Counted from the first letter of the whole stretch, positions 13,391 through 27,270 are shown. The stretch: DNA of 63,983 bases, filler included, from Bigelowiella natans CCMP2755 (GCA_000320545.1; 6 parts of 6 records of this genome joined end to end with filler, not necessarily neighbours in it), one strand, 5' to 3'. Program-made: numbers and translations. Notes: a model not told the origin generated them from the sequence alone.

Positions 13391-14620
13391 AATGTCAACA
13401 CTCCATACAAGTAAATATTTAGGGGTTGGGGGGAGAGGGGGGGGGGTACACATTACTCTGTTTCCCAGATTCGGTTGAGGGATGGAATATCGGGAGAAGA
13501 TTTTGATAGTGTACGAGCACACCCTCTTTCACTGACACAAGAGCATAAACAGTTGTGAGCACGGCTGCTGCTACATCGAAAAATTAGCTTCGTTGCTTCT
13601 TGTGCGGTTTATTATTACCCTTCTCAATGGCGAGGATGAGCATATGCTCCGCTTGCGTTTCGACGCGCCTGAAGTGACGCTCGCTTTTGCAGCAACATTC
13701 CCTGATTTTCCCCAACAACTCTTTGGATCTCCGAAGGTTCTCTGAAGAAACACACAGACACGCACGCACGCACGCACGCACATGAAGTTGGCGTTTTTAG
13801 CGGCTGATGAAGGAATGGATTCTCTCCATGGGCCGTTCGGTTAGCATGTTGTCAATCTACCGAAGTCATGGTCCTCTTTGATTTCAAGCAGCCCGTTGGG
13901 TATCAGGAGCTGAGCATCATCACCAACCAGTTAATCATTACAAAAGGCGTGTAAAGGCATGGGCACTGCATCTCAAAACAGTGAACAACATATCCGACCT
14001 CCATCGTCAGAGTATCGATTTTGTGGGCCATGTTCTTGGTGAGGTTCCTTCTATTCCTAGTGACTTTTGAAGCCTTTCGTTTGCTGCAACAGAATAGTTT
14101 CTTCGACTCAGATGGCGCGCATGCAGGGCATCCCAAATAGCTTGGAGGGGCGGGGGCGGAGGGAAGGAGGGAGGGAGGGAGGGAGAGAGAGAGAAGAGAA
14201 GGGGTGGGGGGGTGCGTCGACAGTACCGATTTGACTTATCGAGAGAAAAGCACATTCCTTCAATTAAGGGAACGATCTCCGATCCGGGATGTTTGATCTT
14301 GCTTTCTATGCTTTCACTCTGCTGTTGCTCTGCGTCTCCTCCTCCTCCTCCTCCTCCTCCTCCTCCCAGATCAGGATGAGAGACCACCCAGGTTTCCCAC
14401 CCTCTCACTTGCAGGCTGTCCTCCTGATTCACTCGAATTCTACAACCCACGACGTCCCTCCGATGGTTCCTGTTCTTCTTCTTTCCGCTGTCCTCCTCTA
14501 TATATCCAATCTTTTCCCATTGGGGAGCCTGCGGTGGAATTCCACCGCAGGTTGCTTTCCGCGAATGACTCTCTGCCGTCGATAGAGCCGCCTTCGTTCC
14601 TCCTCCTCCTCCTCCTCCTC

Positions 14621-14653
<33 letters not shown>

Positions 14654-15106
14654 AGACTTGCCGCGTTTTCACCTCTTTAGCAACAACTGGCGTTGATTCC
14701 TTCTCTTTCTTTACATTTGGGACGGCAGGGGGGGGGAGTGCAGTGCCTGTGGGATGTTGTTCCTCCTTGCCGCATTCACCAGTGGTGGTGGTGGTGGTGG
14801 TGGTGGTGGTTGTTGTTGTTGTTGTTGTTGCTTTGGATGCTACAGCTGCTGTGACGGTCCCGTTGTCATCTTCAGCGGATTTGATAGATTTGTTGGTCTT
14901 CTTGCGACGCAAACACACTTGAAAGGCCTAGAAAATCATGATGTGCGCTACAAATCAAAAACTGGTGCAAGCTGTAGCAGCAGCAGCAGCAGTGAAATCA
15001 CGACAATACCTTGAACACCCCACCCTTTTCGACTACGGTGGCACACTCTTCGCATAAGAAAACCTGATGAGAAGATAGTAGGCTGAGAGAGTAGTGACGA
15101 GTGGAA

Positions 15107-15161
<55 letters not shown>

Positions 15162-16671
15162 TGGACCTGGGCAACCGACTTCATTTTTCCTGAATGATTG
15201 CTACGCTGTAAAAATATAGGATATCAGGCCTACTTTTCCAACGACGGATACATGGTGCTGTCATCAATACCTTGGTCACCAGATCTACTTTTTTGGTGGT
15301 AGAAGATGTTTTTGCCTCCTCACACATCGAAAAATGGTTGATTCCCATAGACTAAGAACGTGATTTGTAAGAGGTATGGCTTCAAGGGTGATATCTATCT
15401 CACAGTAGCAGTAGTACCTCAATGTAGCACTTTCGATTCTCAGTCGTTGCGGCGCGTTTTTTCCTTTTCCCCACAGAGGCAGATCGAGATCGTTTAGATG
15501 ATTGCTTCCTGACTCGGGTCTTGCCTACTTTTGCATTCGAAGCAGCCTGCTGCCGGGGATTGATCACCAGAGGGGCGAGCACGAGATTATGCATTGCGAG
15601 ATAAGGAACCGCCGAGGCGATGAATGAGGGTATGTTCTTTGCGTAATGGTCTGATGACACAGCTCCATTTTCCGCTTTTGCTCTTTTGTGTCGTGTTTGA
15701 AAATCCGTTGTCAAAGCTGCTGGAACGAACGGGGAAGCGAAGTGCAATCCCTACGATCACGAAGATAAGATTGTAAGCGTACGCACATGCACATATACAG
15801 ACACAAGGGATGGGAGAAGGGAGAGGGGAGGAGGGGAGCACGAAGGTGAAAAGATCGGCCCAACTGTGCTATGCTCACCATCAAGCCAGATTGGAGCAGA
15901 CTTATCGCCTAGGAACAGAATCACAACATTCAGATGGAACTTCGCTCGCTAGAAAATAAAGAAGTATAATACTTTCTCATCCTGATCAACGTTTGTTGGT
16001 TTGAGAGTGCTTGCCGGCTGCTCCTCACTTTTACAAGAAGATGGCGGGCTCGAGCTCTTTCGCTTGTTCAGATTTTGGGGATTGGAACTCCTCTCTTTGA
16101 GTGGTGGATCATCAGGGACAGATTTATTTTCTATATCTATTTTGGTAGTATCCCTATGTAATTTCACACTGGTCTCCCTGCTATCTTTATGGGACATCCT
16201 TTCAGTTTGGTGGTTTATACGATCGGACTTGAGTTTCTTGCGCTTGAGAATCTGAGAAGAGCTCGAGGAATCCTGCGGCACCTTTACACGCACCTCCTCC
16301 TTATTATTGCAATGTTCATTCTGGTTACTCTCTTTCAAAATGGAATCCTTCCTTTCTGTGTCTTCCCGAGTCGCATCCGTATTGCGCTTCCCAAGAACAG
16401 TCCGATCTCTTGCTCCTTTCTTGCCACCCTTGAGCCCATCGGAGCTCCTTTCACAACTCACCACCAGATCCTCAAGAAGTCGTATAGCTGTAGTTGCGCT
16501 TTCTTCGTTTGTTGCAAGCCCGGAAAAGGTCTTGGCGAGGTCCTCAAGACTGTTATCATTGGAAGGAGCTTTTGTACCGCTCGTAGAAGGTTTCACACTC
16601 GCTAGTGTCCAACCACAATGATGGGGCACCGGAGAAGAAGAGGCATAAAGTTCCGAGAAAGGATCCATCAT
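13007..16671 (-). CDS. large low-complexity hypothetical protein (basic NLS-like clusters; poly-Thr/Ala/Gly)
   Basis: Long open exons on the - strand (15949-16671, about 15430-15750, 14220-14920, 13610-13740, 13007-13310) with GT-AG boundaries. No domain recognised. Confidence 0.55.
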
Positions 16672-17008
16672 CCCGGGAAGGGGCGTGAGGCAGGTGTCTT
16701 CCTCCCTAAGCTCCACCGTTTGCCTTTCCTTCCCAAATGAGTAATTTGCGATGAGTTCTGGAGGGTTGAAAGGATGCAATTCCGGCCGGTGATCCCGTCA
16801 TTCAAACACCAAGCTGAAAATACATCTATATTTATCTCTACGACATGGATAGTTTGTTGTCGTACGAGCGAAATAGGTCGATACTCGCGGTATTTGAGGC
16901 AATACAGGGTGCTAACAGCCTTTTGAGCCAGTGGCTTGTTTCATTCACTAACGACCAATGGCGACCCATGTGGATCGCCTTCCTCCCTTCGAGTCTTTGA
17001 AGGACACC

Positions 17009-18813
17009 ATGAAAACATCCATGGCCAGAACTATGTTGGCGCTTCTTACAGTATGGCGGATCGTAATTGTTTCCAAAGATGATGTTTTGAGGGGTGGGGT
17101 ATGCTCTTATCGTTTGCGTCCATTTCGACATGAATCGCAGGTTCTTCTCGCTGTAGATGGAGCATCTGGATCATCAGTTCCCAGATCCAGGCGATGCACG
17201 CAGGCTTCTCTACTTGGAAAAAATAGTGTGATCCGAAGGCTCGTAAATGCGAGGTACCAAGAATGTCGACTACACACGTATTCGGCCCTCCACAGACGCT
17301 GCAGCTAGCGCAATTTCGAAATACAATACTAAAATACGACGTGTTCGTTCGTCGAATCGACTTTTAATTTATTTGTCTTTAAAGCACTCGCAGCACATTG
17401 ATAGCTGCAATTGTATGCTTGCGGAAACTTGTTTTCTCCCCCCAAAATGAAACTGACCGATCATACACACCAGGTCTTCAATTCTTCAAAAAGCCTACAA
17501 TGATTACAAAAGCGGGGCTATTGATATTGACGAGTTCCGCAAGATTGGAATCGAGGTTAAATTATCATATGACATATGTTCGAGAGACAATGTAGCTAAT
17601 TTCAATAACCATAGAATGCGAAATCTAAGCTTGATAAAGATAAGGAGCAGGCTGAACGATTTCGGAATAAGTATGGCATTTTCAAACAAAGACTGGTGAG
17701 TATATGTGTACTGAGTAATTGCCTTTAGGTTTGGAAAGGCGATGGCTGACAGTATGGGCATTCCGCTAGAGCGTGTATTAATTGAGGTTGCGAATTTTTA
17801 AGTGTTCCTATGGATAAATCTAAGCGCCGAAATGTGGTCAGAAAATTGAGCCCGAGAATCCCAAAGATGATATTGAGAAGGTAAAATGTATCTATTCTAC
17901 CGTTGAGATTTCCCTGATTGGGTTTCTAATTTTACAGCTCCTTGCTGGAAACGGGAAAGGCATCAAAGTTGATACTATCGAGGCTTGCATGCAACCTAGT
18001 CTCGCTAATGCTGTCTGTGTTTCAGGTTGATTTCGCGATTAAGCAGAATCCTGGAGATCCAACTGCTAGCACAATGCTGATGGGTAAAGAAATTTACTTT
18101 TTGGGGTAGTAATTATTCCCATCTATTTTTTCATCCTTTGCAGCTGCCCAAGGAGGCCCTGGAGCAGGGAAGGAATTTAACGGTAGGTTCCCTCTGATAT
18201 ACACTCTCAAACACACATATCGTAGGCTTGACATTTAAATATTTTCAGTTGCAGAAATGCTGCGGTTGACACCCGAGCAGGAAAACTCTTTTGCTGAAGT
18301 CTATGATAGAATGAAGTTCGTAAGTTTCGTTTTTGATGAAACCGAAAACTCCTACCCCTCAAAACCTCTCTAATAAAGGCTACTATATTACATTTAGAAA
18401 TCAAGGAGTCATGATGGCAAACGCTTTGGATTTCGATGGTTTGTTTACACCATATCTCCGAATATGTACAATTACTATGAGAAACATGAACTATAATAGG
18501 TCTGACAAGAGTTTGCGGGTCCATAGAACCAAAGCTTTCACCGGATCAACAAGCAATACTTGTATGCAAACTTTCATAGGAGTCAAAATTTGGAAGTGGT
18601 GTAACTTTGTGTCTTATATCAAGGTGAACATGGGTTTGCAGATAAATGCCATGCAGCCTGAGAAGGTATTTATTGAAATCTTTACCAAACTAATAATTAA
18701 GAGATCTAAGATTATTTTCTACGTAGCCATATTTTGATACGGATGACGACCCAACCATTCCATCCGACCCTGCTGAGGAAGAGTCTGCGCGGGATAGATT
18801 ATTTGGACGTTAG
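17009..18813 (+). CDS. hypothetical protein with predicted signal peptide and transit-like leader; many short exons
   Basis: Leader MKTSMARTMLALLT|VLLAVDGASGSSVPRSRRCTQASLLGKNSVIRRL. Later exons read QKAYNDYKSGAIDIDEFRKIG, FGKAMADSMGIPLERVLIE, VDFAIKQNPGDP, AEMLRLTPEQENSF and PYFDTDDDP...LFGR*. Introns are short (~55-90 nt). One early exon junction is unresolved. Confidence 0.6.
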
Positions 18814-18829
18814 AGTGTACTTCCACGTT

Positions 18830-19315
18830 CATACGTGATGACAATATGCTAGCATGTCACATCCCCACCTCGGCGGCTGGCATGTGTGTGAGGACCATTA
18901 GTGATGCATGGTGTATTGTTACGCTTGTAATGTGCACTGAGCAGGACTAGATGGATCGCGTTGCATGACGACTAGGCATCAGCGTACATTGCAGCAACAT
19001 TGCAACAATGGTCGGCGAACATGCTGCATTGCGGTGCTACCACAATTGTTCACATCTAGAATCTAGATGTACACCTCCTGTGTAGCACGCGACAAAAAAA
19101 CCACCTGCTGAACAAACTGTCCTAGTGTTTGCTTGCAAATTGCATCGCATGCTGCGTTGCTCAACGAGCCGGCTGCGGCTCTCATTGTTGATCATCATCA
19201 TCATCGCAGATCATTCGACCCATCATTGATCACGAGGACGTGGCCAGCAACAGACCTAGAGACGCGTCAGCTGTACAGGCATGTCTCCACTAGCTAGCTG
19301 CTGCATCAACACATT
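18830..19315. other. palindromic-word-rich block downstream of a gene 3' end
   Basis: ATGCTAGCAT, TCTAGAATCTAGA, CTAGCTAGC and many TGCA after the stop at 18813. Confidence 0.7.
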
Positions 19316-19986
19316 TCGTTCTCCAGAAAGAAAGAAGGGAACCAGATGACAGTCAAGTCCAAGTCGCAAACGAGAGCACGATGTGATTCCAGTTCTAGAA
19401 TTGTGCTCATTCCTCAATCAAAAAGACCATCATGGGAAATCGAGGGTTTATTTCACATCCACCGGCAACGACACTCAGGCAGATGGCCTGCAGGGCAGTG
19501 GGCTCACGCGAGGACAATGAGTCACCGGCGATGTGTGCGTCTTTCACATCCGGGGGACCTACTCCTCAATGCTAGAATGGTCAAATCCATTGTATTTTGA
19601 CACTACGTCATGCCAAAGTCCTGACTCACTAAGATGGGAAGCATTGATTGGGATCTTCAGAGGTCATTTCATCCCTGCGTCTTAGATTCTCGTAGTTTTC
19701 CCAATGTATTTCTGTCACGAAATGCTACTTGTGCTCCTACCCTGTCCCCTTTTCGACTAATTCGAACCCATTGCTCCAAACAAAATCAAGACCCAGGAAG
19801 AAGTCGTAGAACAAAAATCTATACTAAGTATATCCTACGGTACTTCCGTGGAATTTGTCAGCTTCGCATTCGTTGATCACAGGGGTAACATTACTCATGA
19901 ATTACATTTCATCCTGGATATATCTAATTATAAATTTCCCAAAAAAATAGATCATTTTTCCCGCACTGTCGGACATTCTTCAAACA

Positions 19987-21042
19987 ATGACGTTCCCAAT
20001 CCCGAGCGTCGCTCTTCTTTTCACCCTGTTGCTTCCTCCTTCCCTTCTCACGAACGCGGAAGACTCAGCGGTACTTCACATCCAGAGCTATCTTCTTCCT
20101 GCTACTCCATTCCTTGAATCGCTTCGTACCTGCAAAGCTGGCACGCACCGATATTTCTGCCGATGTAGCGCAGGGGTTTTGTCAGTGCAATAATTTACCC
20201 CGAGAATCACCGATCTACTTGAACATTGTTGAATGTTGCACACTATCTTCACACAGGTTATCACCTTAACGGATAGCAACTTTGATGCTCTCACCGCAGA
20301 AGGGTCAGCTAAATTAAATCAAGGACGAAACTTGTGAGAAGAGAGAATGAAAGAGAGGGGCAGGCAATGCGCATGCACCAAGCACACTTGACTGCGATGC
20401 GCACACGCAATCGCACATAGAAAGAGTGCAGTAAAAAATATGAGAGAAGTAGGGAGCGGAGGGAGGAAGAGAGAGGGGGGGAACAGAATTGTAACATATG
20501 AAAAATTCCCGGCTTTTGCGCGATCAGGAGCTGGATTCTGGACTTCTATGCTCCGGTGAAACAGTATCCCCCTCCACAGCTTTCAATATTTTGAATCCGA
20601 CACACTGCAAACGTTTTGATCTGCACATATCAACCATCTCGCGCATCCACGTATGGCTTAGCCCTTTCTCTACGTTCGCTACTTAGTGGTGCGGGCATTG
20701 CAAAAGACTGGAGCCTGAATACGAAAAAGCTGCAAAGGAGATGAAAGTAGCCATCTGCCTGTTATCACAGACGACAGTTCTAGAGCATAGTGAGAACTTG
20801 CATGACTATTCGAGAGTGCCACCCCCCCCTTCCCCCCCCCCCCTCTCTCTCTTTTGCAATGTGTAATTATTGCTCCTATGCTCTTCCAGGGATCAGTAAG
20901 CTTTGGGAAGGTAGACTGCACGAAGTGGACTGGTCTTAGATCAAGGTGCTGAATTCGTACAAATTTCGATCATGTTTAGCATATCAGCAGTAGTACTGGC
21001 CGATTTCGATATATCACCACCACTATCATCATCATCATCATC

Positions 21043-21073
<31 letters not shown>

Positions 21074-21702
21074 GTCATCGTCATCATCACCCCCGCTCTA
21101 CATATCTTCCAAATACAAGAGGCACTTATCCTGTTAAGTGGAAGGGCTAGGTTGCGGCAAGAGTCGTTCAAAAATGATGCGACAACAACAATCAACAATG
21201 ATCATAGGTTCGGAGTGAAAGGATACCCAACGCTCAAGTTTATGCGAGATGGTAACTTAAGAGTATATATGCATTATTATAAACGTACGACGATGTCTCA
21301 TACTAAGGCCCTTCCTCCTCCCCCTTCTCCGCCTCTTCCTCTACTACTTCTTATCCTTACTACTTTAACACTACTATATTAGGTGAATTGAGGGACTATC
21401 GAGGGGGGCGCACCCAAAAAGACCTGGTCAATTATGCTAAGGCACTTTCAGGTGTGTGTGTGTGTGTGTGCGTGTGCGTGTGCGTATGTTTGTGTAAGGG
21501 TGCATGCGATGATGATTATGATAAGACTAATGCTCGGAAATCCAACATAACTCAATATTTCCAATGTTTTCATCACCCTGACCCTTGTATGGCTGTTCGT
21601 TCCTTCTCCCTCTTCTTCTTCTTCTTCTTCTTCTTCTTGTGCACATACATACCTCAGGAGAGCCGGTGAGTGTGCGTTCAGTGCGCTTGGGCGTGCGTGC
21701 TT

Positions 21703-21778
<76 letters not shown>

Positions 21779-22232
21779 GGAGCTGAATAATGAAGGTAAG
21801 TAATGGTACTTGGGGTCAGAACCCCTTCCTCCCCCCCCCCTTCCTCCGATCTTTTTAACGATGGAACAAAAGCAAATGTGCAATAACTTCCTCATGGATG
21901 TAGGTCCTACCCGTCACTCGAGAGATGGTTGATGGTAATAAGTAAAAATCAGTAGCGCAGAAGTTGTACGAGGAGGACAAATCCACGAGTCACCATAATA
22001 ACGAAGAAAATGCGATTTCGGCTGATTTTTATCCCTCATCACGCCCTCCCCCCAACGCAATGTTTTCTGGAATTTCTGGGAAGACACTCTTCAACCCGAT
22101 AAAGAACAATACTAATGCATATGTGTGTGGCGTGGCCATCTGTGCGTGCACTTTCTTCTCCACCAGCCATCACCTCTCGCCACGCTGTGTCGTTCGTGTA
22201 CGTGGGAACGAGCAAGGTTGTTTGGATAAATC

Positions 22233-22273
<41 letters not shown>

Positions 22274-22468
22274 GTAATGTTAAGTTATTGCTCCTTTGTC
22301 TTCTGAATTGAGCTCCGATCCCTTGTGGCGATAATTTCAGGACGAGGAGGAATATGCGAATTTTGAGCGCGTGGCCAAACGCCATCAAGGTGCTGCCTCA
22401 AACAACCCTTACTCATTGCCGTGCACACTGCCACTCCATGCAATGCCCCGGCTACGACAGCGCTCGAG

Positions 22469-22500
<32 letters not shown>

Positions 22501-23688
22501 GACAGTTTAAGTAAAATCCACGATTATAAAACTAGGTGTCTACTTCTTCGGCGTGGCAAACGGCGAGGTAGTAGCCTTTGTTTGAAAGACACATCGTTTG
22601 CGCAACATGATATCTATCAATTCACTCCCTATCCCTCTCTTCTTCTCTCCTTATCTCCTCCTCGTCCTCCTCCTTTTTCCTCTTCCTTCCCATCCTAGAT
22701 CGCTATACGCCGTTGATGCAATCCCCCCCACCCCCCACTGTTCTTACTGCTCACACACTGGCAACCACACAAAAAGTGCCCTTTCCTTTTCTTAGGTTGG
22801 AGAACAGCTGCTGAGTGAGTTTGGGCAAAAAACCGACGATAATGACGCCTCGCCCTGCATCCTCTACCTCACAAGTACAGTAAACAACACACACAACAAC
22901 GCCCCCAACGCTAGTAGCACTGTGCAAATGCTGCCCTTTTCGGAAGAAGCGATGTTGGAGGCAAGAGAATCGAATAGGCACGAGCATGATGGAGTATTTG
23001 GTACAATGGGGCCTTCTGCTTTTGCCATTATGAGTGTCTCACAAGCATCAGCCCGACGAGCTGCACACCCCCCAATGCCTGTCTTCTATATTCGAAGAAT
23101 AGTAACTGGGAGAAATGTTTGAAACGTGTTTGTGGCTTGTAATTTTCTTCGCATCATCATCATCATGATCATGATCATCATCATCATCATTGGAATTAGG
23201 AGGCGACACTGCACAGAGATTCTTCCAATTTGATCTCGAGGCGCTGGAGGGTTTCGTAAAGGTGGCCGCTCATTGCTGCTCTGTCTGAGAAGCTGCAGCT
23301 ACATGTCTCCAGCATAAAACCTTACCGTCACTACAAACACACTCTCGCACTGCTACTACTACTACTACTACTAATAATAATAATACTAATACTGTGCTGC
23401 TGCATGTTGTGCTCCTCATAATACGCACACACGAACACACACAAACACACACACACACAAACACACACACGCTGTCGTTCTCAGGACCACAAATTCGGCC
23501 TAGTGACAGAGATCAATGCAGACACCTTTGGAGCTGTAGCAGAGAAGTAAGATGCCCATCGTTGCAATCATCAACAACTCCTAAATCAATGAGATCTCCT
23601 CCTCCTCCTCCTCCCCCATGTCTCCCCTCAGTGGACTTCCTGTTCTCCTTGCCGTGCTGTCCAAGCAAAGTGACACCGCCTCCAAGGA
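19987..23688 (+). CDS. TMX3: protein disulfide isomerase, TMX3-like (signal peptide, WCGHC thioredoxin domain, inactive domains); 3' end lost in gap
   Basis: MTFPIPSVALLFTLLL..AEDSA|VITLTDSNFD..|WILDFYAP|WCGHCKRLEPEYEKAA..|FGKVDCT..|FGVKGYPTLKF..|DYRGGRT.., followed by RHAVSFVYVG, which resembles TMX3 RHRVFFVYVG. Confidence 0.85.
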
Positions 23689-23743
23689 GTAAGTGAGCTG
23701 TTTGGCGGCGGGGGGGGGGGGGGGGTGGGTAGCGGGTGGTAGT

Positions 23744-23843
23744 NNNNNNNNNNNNNNNNNNNNNNNNNNNNNNNNNNNNNNNNNNNNTTAATTAATTAAN
23801 NNNNNNNNNNNNNNNNNNNNNNNNNNNNNNNNNNNNNNNNNNN
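23744..23843. other. assembly gap with TTAATTAATTAA spacer
   Basis: N44-TTAATTAATTAA-N44; the spacer puts stops in all six frames. Confidence 0.98.
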
Positions 23844-23985
23844 CTCAAGGTCTACTGTGTGCACCCTAGAGATCCAACGAAAACTTATTATATCGCACAA
23901 GTCAAGGATAAAAGTGAGTTAATATTTTCACCACCACAAGTTTCTCTTTCTCTCTCTCTCTCTTACTCTCTCTCGCTCACGCGCA

Positions 23986-24031
<46 letters not shown>

Positions 24032-24170
24032 CGCGAGAGGGAGAGAGATAAAGAGAGAAAGAGAGAAAGAGAAACTTGTTGTGGCGAGTATATTAACTCA
24101 CTTTTATCCTTGACTTGTGCGATATGATAAGTTTTCGTTGGATCTCTAGGGTCCACACAGTAGACCTTGA
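23844..24170. repeat. imperfect inverted repeat (fold-back) centred on an (AT)n tract
   Basis: CTCAAGGTCTACTGTGTG..GATAAAAGTGAGTTAATAT.. at 23844 is the reverse complement of ..CACACAGTAGACCTTGAG ending at about 24170. The arms are about 145 bp with scattered mismatches. Confidence 0.95.
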
Positions 24171-24453
24171 GAAGAAGAAGAAGAAGAAGAAGAAGAAGGA
24201 GAAGAAGGAGAAGAAGGAGAAGAACGATGATAAGTGAAGGCACAGATCGGATGATAAGTGAAAGCACAGATCGAACGAAAATAAAAGAGAGCCATTAGAA
24301 ATAAGCAGATGAGTCTTATTCCTCTGCGTGATTGTGTTATAGGGTATTAGGGACGCTCGGGTTTGCAACGAAGTATTCTCAAAATCTTAACACTGCTATC
24401 ATATCCTAATACGTTCCGATGTGCTATGCGTGTGCGTGAGTGTGTACGTGTGT

Positions 24454-24502
<49 letters not shown>

Positions 24503-24610
24503 GTGGTATGATACAGCAGTTAAAATGTTTTGTGAATGTACACAGACCCAGCAATCTTTGAAGTATATTTCTGGGTTCTGGAGCGATTCGTTTTCTCCTA
24601 TTGTTATTCA

Positions 24611-24684
<74 letters not shown>

Positions 24685-24720
24685 TTGTATCATATACAGA
24701 TAGATCTATTCGTTCGTATT

Positions 24721-24753
<33 letters not shown>

Positions 24754-25959
24754 TCGTGTTGGAGTTTGCTTTGTGTCCGTGATAGGCAAGAAGCAGCACC
24801 CACACAGTATATCCCACAACCTCTTATCCTAGAGCTTCTAATTCTTCTCCATACAATGTCAGGTAGATCCACGATTTTCCTAAAATTTGGTTGAAGTCCC
24901 ATCACCCCGAGAATCGGTGATATATTTTGCGCTGCTTCGGTTTCAAAAGTCTATCGTGGATGTTCTTATTTGGCAAATCATAGAGACAAGGAGACCTGAG
25001 CAGCGCGTCTGCTTTGTCCACGGCCCCCATCAAAATCGCCACGCTGGGAACGGCAAACAGTAACAAGCAAAACGACACATTGTTTTCCTTCACCCAAGTT
25101 GCAAACGTCGACGAACAAGAGACGGTGCTACGCATTAGAGGCGTTCTTCTTCCCCTACTGCAGGAGCTCGCAAGTGATATAGTTTTGGTGTATTTCCCAA
25201 TATTTATGCTTTTCGTGGGTGATGACCGACCTCAAGACGATGTTTCTCAGCTTTCGCCGTTTGTCCTCCGGGATCTAGTTTAGTGCCAACATGATGGAAA
25301 TGCTATTCTATTAGCCGATTGCAACGTTAACACGCTGTGTCCCCATGGCGGAGGAAGCTTCAATCTTGTTCCAATTTTCCGCCCTCCCCCCCCCTCTCTT
25401 CCTTCCTCTCAGTACTCATTTCGACCCATTCTCACGATCCCCCTGCCTGATTGAAATCGCTAAATGTAGCGTTATTAACCTTTGCAAGCGGGCGAGGGAG
25501 GGAGAACCCTCCTCTAAATCTTATTGTGTGGTCAAGTTCCTTACTAGTTCTGCAGAGCACAAATCGTCTCATTATCAGTTTCAGCTAATATACTATCTAT
25601 AATATCCTATCTTCCCCATTTAATGTCTTCAGTAGTATACCGGCTTGTCCTCCTCTTTCCATATGTCCTTCTTCCGTGCCCCATGATCGATGCTTCGTCA
25701 GGTGAAAAACTCTTTGCCCGCCGGTCGTTCGTCTTTCTGTGTTCTGTGGGGACGATGCAATGACTATAAACAGGAGCAAAACCGCCACAAGATGCAATTG
25801 CTTTTTTAATAACAAGATAAAAACTGCTTTACCTTTGATACCCCATCCCACGCTCAAGTAGCTGTTGTGTTGTCGCCGTATAGATGCAAGCATGAGGACG
25901 GCGATTATAACCCCTGCCACTCTCCAATGGTAAGTTCTGCGCTTGCGGAAGCTGTTGAA

Positions 25960-26000
<41 letters not shown>

Positions 26001-26233
26001 TGAGAACGGGGGAGAAGGAGGGGGGGGGGGGAGCGGGGGTTAGACTTGCTGCAAGATGGATTGGAATATAGAAATGATTGGTGGACATGAAAGAGAGAGC
26101 AACTTCAACATCAGATGAGGCTTCTTGGGGGTTGGCGATGTTGATCGAGTTTAAAAGAACAAGCAAAGACGTTGGTGGTTAAACAACAGCACATTAAGCT
26201 CGCCTCCTTCTGGTCCCAGCAAGTCTCCATCAT
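24101..26233 (-). CDS. hypothetical protein, probable type II membrane topology; 3' end truncated at fold-back/gap
   Basis: Exons include WRVAGVIIAVLMLASIRRQ (single N-proximal hydrophobic helix), IPEDKRRKLRNIVLRSVITHEKHKYWEIHQNYITCELL, NPEIYFKDCW and VYCVDPRDPTKTYHIAQVKDK. The start is uncertain. Confidence 0.5.
24226..24273. repeat. 24-bp tandem duplication
   Basis: GATGATAAGTGAAGGCACAGATCG followed by GATGATAAGTGAAAGCACAGATCG. Confidence 0.9.
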
Positions 26234-27270
26234 ATTATTCAGTTTGACAGGACTTTTGGTCGCAAAAAGGGGAGGAAAGGGGTAGGGCGAATGTCCTCCG
26301 TGGCGAGGGGGTTGACGTCGGGCCTGAGCTAGAAATCGTTGTTATTTGGAGCAGTTTAGAAAAAAAAATTACGATATTCTCCGTAATAAATTTTCCTTTA
26401 CAGGCCTGATGAGCCGGTACACAGTGTCGTCAAGCTTGGTTTCCGCGTTCCTTCTCTTGCATCCTCCATCCCGAAAATATCCGAATTTCCGGATGAAAAC
26501 TGTGGACTGAGTTTAAGAAAAGCGGGGACTGTACAATTAAATATTAGCTCAGCTCGAATTCCAGTGATATTTTGAACGTTTTTGTGGAATTGGCATTGTC
26601 GTTCTACTTTTCCACACACGCTCGGCAGGAATTCTTGGCACTTATCAATCTTATGATGTATTTTAGGGAATTTCTACAGGTATAAAGTTTTTCCGCTAAA
26701 TTCTATAAATGCCCTTTGACTGTTAGAGACGACATACATGTCTCGCTCCATAGGAAAAACAAACACTCCGAGACCCTCTAGAGAACATAATCGCATTCTA
26801 TCATAAACGTCAACATGTACATTATGTCGCTTTCATATAATGACAGGTATTTCAGATTATTACACGTTTTCGGCGAATTGTGCCGCATAGAATTCACCGA
26901 AGGTTCGCGGCGGACCCACTTATTTCCCCCCCCTACCGTCTCTGATCCCACCCACAGAAGAAGAATAGAATAGAATTAGTTTTACAAAATAGCTTTAGGC
27001 AATGACCGTCTGCTTTTAGAACCACGCTGTAAAATATTGAGGGATGTTGCTGGCTATAAACGCCTCAGAGGCCTGAAATAGCGCTGCTGCAAAAGACGCC
27101 TTCTTAGCATTTGATGAGAAAGAAAGGGGGAGAAATACGAATTTAGAGGATACAATAGGATTCATATAAGTTGTATTATCAGTAATATTCTTTTTCCCGG
27201 GTCTTCCCCATATCTCTTCTTCTATTAATGTTGGTATTGTCTCTTATATATATGTTTCTGACACAAACAG

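Noticed and set aside
23788-23799. TTAATTAATTAA recurring five times as a possible motif or piggyBac-type TTAA site
   Set aside because: Always centred in identical N runs; it is an assembly spacer.
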